DNA of 25,546 nucleotides from Octopus sinensis (lineage: Eukaryota), in assembly GCF_006345805.1 (NCBI RefSeq), contig NW_021836022.1, positions 1-25,546 on the forward strand, given 5' to 3'. This document shows positions 20,810 to 25,546 of the stretch, piece after piece. A model generated the notes under the pieces. It made no database searches, had not been told where the DNA came from, and was given only the letters and a program-made list of their open reading frames with translations. How positions within the stretch are numbered: position 1 is the first letter of the stretch; each line of letters starts with the position of its first letter. A program made the position numbers and the translations under genes.

Positions 20810-21023
20810 GTCATCGTCGTCGTCATCATCATCCTTCTTATTAATAACATCATTAATAACAATAACAGCAACAGTAATTACAGTAATGATAATAGTAATA
20901 ACAATAACAACAACAACCACAACAACTATGAATTATAATGAAAATAAACAATAATAGCAATATCATTAACATTACGAATATAATTATAATTACAATCATA
21001 ATTATTGTTATTAATTTTACAGA

Positions 21024-21029
21024 AAATTA

Positions 21030-21117
<88 letters not shown>

Positions 21118-21134
21118 CATTATTATTATTATTA

Positions 21135-21165
<31 letters not shown>

Positions 21166-21185
21166 CATTATTATTATTATTATTA

Positions 21186-21261
<76 letters not shown>

Positions 21262-21357
21262 CAATTTATTATTATTATCATTATTATTATTATTATTATT
21301 TATTATTATTATATCATTATTATTATTATTATTATCATTATTATTATTATTATTATT
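21024..21357. repeat. (ATT)n array with periodic ATC interruptions
   Basis: Directly visible; source of the poly-Ile and poly-Tyr ORFs. Confidence 0.97.
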
Positions 21358-21419
21358 GATTTTAAAAACAATAACAACAATATATTGAATTATAATAGTA
21401 AGAAGGATAATATGAAAAG

Positions 21420-21729
21420 ATGATGATGATGATGATGATGATGTCGCTGGTGGTTTTGTGGTGGTGGCGGATGGTGATGGGTGGTGGTGGTAAACGTCTT
21501 AGGATGGTAATTATTATTATTATTATTATTATTTTGACGAGGTTGATGTTAATGATGCTGGGGATGATAATAAAGCTCACGATAGGAATAATAATAATTA
21601 ACGATGATTATACGGATTAGCGTTTTTGGTGGTGGTGGTCGTGGTGGTAGCTGTAACGGTGGTCGTGGTGGCGATTGTGGTGGCGTTTACAGTGATGACG
21701 GCGAAAGCGACGAAGAAGGCTGATGCTGC

Positions 21730-21783
<54 letters not shown>

Positions 21784-22170
21784 CGATGTCAATGTTTATG
21801 ATGGTGATGGTGATGATGATGTTAATGATTTTCTAATTAGGTATGAATCCTTAAAATTACAGTGGTTTGTGGATGACGAATTTAAATGATGCTGCTGCTG
21901 TGACTACTGCTGCTGCTGATGCTGTCGATCATGATGATCATTACGATGATGATGATGATGATGGTGTTGGTGGTGGTGGAAGCGGTGGTGTTGGTGGTAG
22001 TGTCGTCAGTTATGATAGTGATGATTATGATGATCATATCGTCATCATCATTGTCACATCATCATCATCATCAACAACTTGTCGATGGCGGTGCCAGTGG
22101 TATTGGTGGCCAGATTATAATTGTAATGGCGACGGTCGTGGTTGCGATGGTGGCGCTAACGATGGTGAGA
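21420..22170. repeat. Degenerate mosaic of (GAT)n, (GGT)n, (GCT)n, (CAT)n
   Basis: Directly visible. Confidence 0.85.
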
Positions 22171-22489
22171 TAAGATCTGTCTTTTTTGAAAAAAAAAAAA
22201 ATTATATTTATTTGTATATACTATTTTATATTTTTTTTTTTATTTTCAAATGAAAAAAAAATATTGTAATTAAATTTATTCTAATAAAATTCTTCGTTCG
22301 AAACAATACTCTGTAGAATTCTTTGCATATAATTTCAATATTAATCTATTGGAGGGAATCAAGAGAGAAGTTTTGCAGCTTCTGTCCACGTGACTCAATT
22401 GTTAGCGAAATCTCTTCGACTGAAAATTGAAATGCTGGCGAATTGCTTTACAAATGGTTGCCGAGAAATATAACGATAAATATTGATAC

Positions 22490-23011
22490 ATATATATATA
22501 TACGAATAATCATACCTTTGTATGAACATATACATACACACACACCACACACTATATATATATATATATAATACATACATATATATATACATATAATGTA
22601 TATACACACTATAATATATAATATATATATATATATATGTATATATATACATCATATATCACTATATATATGTATCTACATATAATATGTATATACACCT
22701 ACATACAAACAAACACAATCACAAACACAAACAGCCACACACGCATATGCGCGCGTTTATGGTGATTTCATAACCCAGTTCATAGGCATGTATACATAGA
22801 TACATGTATGTGTATATATATATTATGTATATATATATATTATATATATATATGTAATGTGAATATATATATATGTGTTGTTGTGTGTGTGTGTGCACGT
22901 GTGTGTATGTATGTATGTTCCTTATACATGGCTATGCATGTATGTTATATATGTATTGTAGGTATGCATGTATCTTCCAGATTATGCTTACGTTTTACTT
23001 CTACTCAAGAT

Positions 23012-23064
<53 letters not shown>

Positions 23065-23693
23065 TATACACACACCACACAATATATATATATATATATA
23101 TAATTATATATACCCACCACACCATATATATATTATATTGTGTGTGTGTGTATATATGTATGTATGTATATATATATATACCGACACATGTATGTGTATA
23201 TAAATACGTGCTGATGAGTGTGTATAAACGTGCGTGCGTTCATTACTTTCAGGTTTGTTTATATAATCATACATTTAAATATGAATTTCTAAAAATCATA
23301 TGTAAATTCATGTGCACCATGTATGTATATTCATAACGACATCTAATTTTATGGAGCTCTAAGGGTATACACGCGTACACGCACAGTGACATACGCACAA
23401 TGACACACGCACACACATGCACACACGCACACACATGCACACACACCCGCTCGTACAAACAATTTCGTACGTATATCACAGCATTTTACAGGTTATATTT
23501 ACATGATATATGTATGTATGTATGTACGTTCACGTGTGTGTGTGTGTGTCTGTTTGCATATATATATATATATATATAATATATATATGTCCCTATACAA
23601 ATATAATATACATATACATACATACACATACATGCATATATATATATATTATATATATATTATATATATATATAAATATATATATTATGTATG

Positions 23694-23758
<65 letters not shown>

Positions 23759-23848
23759 ATTTATGTACCTATTTATCTATCTATCTATTTATGCATCAAT
23801 ATTTTATATTTGTATATGGATATTTATATATGCATAGGTACTGACTCT

Positions 23849-23882
<34 letters not shown>

Positions 23883-24096
23883 ATATATATATATATATAT
23901 GTATGTATGTATGTATATGTATATATATATATATTTGTATATATATAGGTATATATATGTGCGTATATATATATATTCATACACACACACACACATATAT
24001 ATATATATACACAAATATTTGCATATATATTCATAAGTATACATATTCATATGCATGCACTGTTATATATATATATATATACATCGGGAGAAAGAG

Positions 24097-24138
<42 letters not shown>
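22490..24138. repeat. Long TA-rich low-complexity region with TG/CA tracts, ending in (GA)n
   Basis: Directly visible. Confidence 0.9.
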
Positions 24139-24142
<4 letters not shown>

Positions 24143-24422
24143 GGTGTTGAGATTGAAAAAGAGCGAGAAAGGAGTCAGTGAAAAAGAAAAGGAGAGGGGT
24201 GGAGAGAGAGAGCGACATCTATAGAAAATGAAAGCGAGAAACAGTAAAAAGGAATTAATTAATGGCATGGATAATGAGAAAGCTTTAGAAAAATTGTGAG
24301 ATTGTTAATTATGTTGATGTATACAAATGGAAATCAGTGATTTGTGTTTAGAAACAGATTGTGGAAATTTGGATGTTAACGTTGAGAGTTCAATCTCCGT
24401 GCACGTTAGGTACGAAAGCAGC

Positions 24423-24622
24423 TTACTCTTTTACTCTTTTACTTGTTTCAGTCATTTGACTGCGGCCATGCTGGAGCACCACCTTTAATCGAGCAACTCG
24501 ACCCCGGGACTTATTCTATTTGTAAGCCCAGTACTTATTCTATCGGTCTCTTTTGCCGAACCGCTAAGTGACGGGGACGTAAACACACCAGCATCGGGTG
24601 TCAAGCAATGCTAGGGGGTACA
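24423..24622 (-). mobile_element. Family A SINE, 3' half
   Basis: Reverse complement of 17165-17360 including the (TTACTCTT)n tail. Confidence 0.92.
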
Positions 24623-24629
24623 GGTACAA

Positions 24630-24777
24630 CAGAAACAGGAAGAAAGAGTGAGGGAAAGTTGTGGTGAAAGAGTACAGCAGGTTTCGCCACCACCCCCTGC
24701 CAGGGAATCGTTGAGATTTGGGGTGTTTTCGCTCAATAAATACTCACAACGCCCGTTTGGGAATCAAACCGCGATCC
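24630..24777 (-). mobile_element. Fragment of the V-like SINE family
   Basis: AGAAACAGGAAGAAAGAGTGAG...GCTCAATAAA...ACAACGCCCG aligns with 15627-15775. Confidence 0.88.
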
Positions 24778-24915
24778 TAAACACACCAATATCGGCTGTC
24801 AAGTGATTGTGGGGGTACAATACATACAGATATATATATGTATGTATATAAGCATATATATATATGTATATATATGTATATATATATATATATTATATAT
24901 TATATATATCTATAT

Positions 24916-24951
<36 letters not shown>

Positions 24952-24969
24952 AAAATAGAATGGACGACG

Positions 24970-25312
24970 TGCTTAGCGTTCTGAGATCAAATTCCGCCGA
25001 GGTCGACATTGCCTTTCATCCTTTCGGGGTCGATTAAATAAGTACCAGTTACGCACAGGGGTCGATATAATCGACTTAATCCATTTGTCTGTCCTTGTTT
25101 GTCCTCTCTGTGTTTAACCCCTTGTGGGTAGTAAAGAAATAGGTATTTCCCCCGTCGCTAGGTTCTGAATTCAAATTCCACCGAGGTTGACTTTGCCTCT
25201 CATCCTTTCGGGGTCGATTAAATAAGTACCAGTTACGCACAGGGGTCGATATAATCGACGCAATCCCTTTGCATGTCCTTGTTTGTCACTTCTATGCTTA
25301 GCCTCCTATGGG
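24970..25312 (+). mobile_element. Meta-domain-like SINE with two tandem 184-bp units
   Basis: GTTCTGA..TCAAATTCC at 24978 and 25162. Confidence 0.9.
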
Positions 25313-25343
25313 AACTATATATATTATATATATATATATATAC

Positions 25344-25504
25344 ACGACGAGCTTCTTTCAGTTTTCGTTTACCAAATCCACTCTCAAGGCTTTGGTCAGC
25401 CAGTAGGTATAGTAAAAGACACCTGCCCATTGTGCTACGCTGTGGTACTGAACCCCGAACCATGTGGTTGGGAAGCAAGCTTCGTACCACGCAGCCACGC
25501 CTGC
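25344..25504 (-). mobile_element. Family A SINE, 5' half (continues at 24778-24820)
   Basis: Reverse complement of the family A head. Confidence 0.9.
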
Positions 25505-25546
25505 ATGTATATATATGTTTATGTGTGTGTGTGGGTATATATATAT

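Noticed and set aside
122-24024. Five octamer motifs ATGCAAAT/ATTTGCAT (122, 2989, 3532, 17597, 24017)
   Set aside because: An AT-rich 8-mer; a few hits are expected by chance in 25 kb.
119-24268. Long ORFs in the supplied track (poly-CV, TH, M, I, Y, L, E/R/K)
   Set aside because: They are translations of microsatellites or SINEs with no domain content.
1-25546. CRISPR arrays, rRNA, prokaryotic operons
   Set aside because: No repeat-spacer periodicity or rRNA motifs; the sequence is eukaryotic repeat-rich DNA.

Overview
Eukaryotic, AT-rich, microsatellite-dense DNA with no recognisable intact protein-coding gene. It is probably intronic or intergenic, most likely from an octopus (coleoid cephalopod); I infer this from SINE families I recognise from memory and from the repeat density, not from a search. 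Almost every ORF in the supplied track is a translation of simple repeats or SINEs. The window holds many SINEs of about four tRNA-derived families (CORE-like, Meta-like, V-like and a short head), two non-autonomous Helitrons, the 3' end of an R4/Dong-type non-LTR element in a (TAA)n tract, and fossil hAT and piggyBac transposase fragments. The most interesting structure is a near-identical ~293-bp direct repeat (16389-16682 and 18697-18987). Each copy carries a minus-strand type I hammerhead ribozyme motif with all core nucleotides and a GUC cleavage triplet, the two sites 2308 nt apart (a retrozyme- or Penelope-pLTR-like layout). The same bases also read as a piggyBac motif on the plus strand, so the call needs testing. 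Also present: a separate degenerate Penelope-type hammerhead (~8514-8634), a structured repeat (1547-1692), a higher-order trinucleotide array (10575-11050) and several short unique islands with motif clusters.
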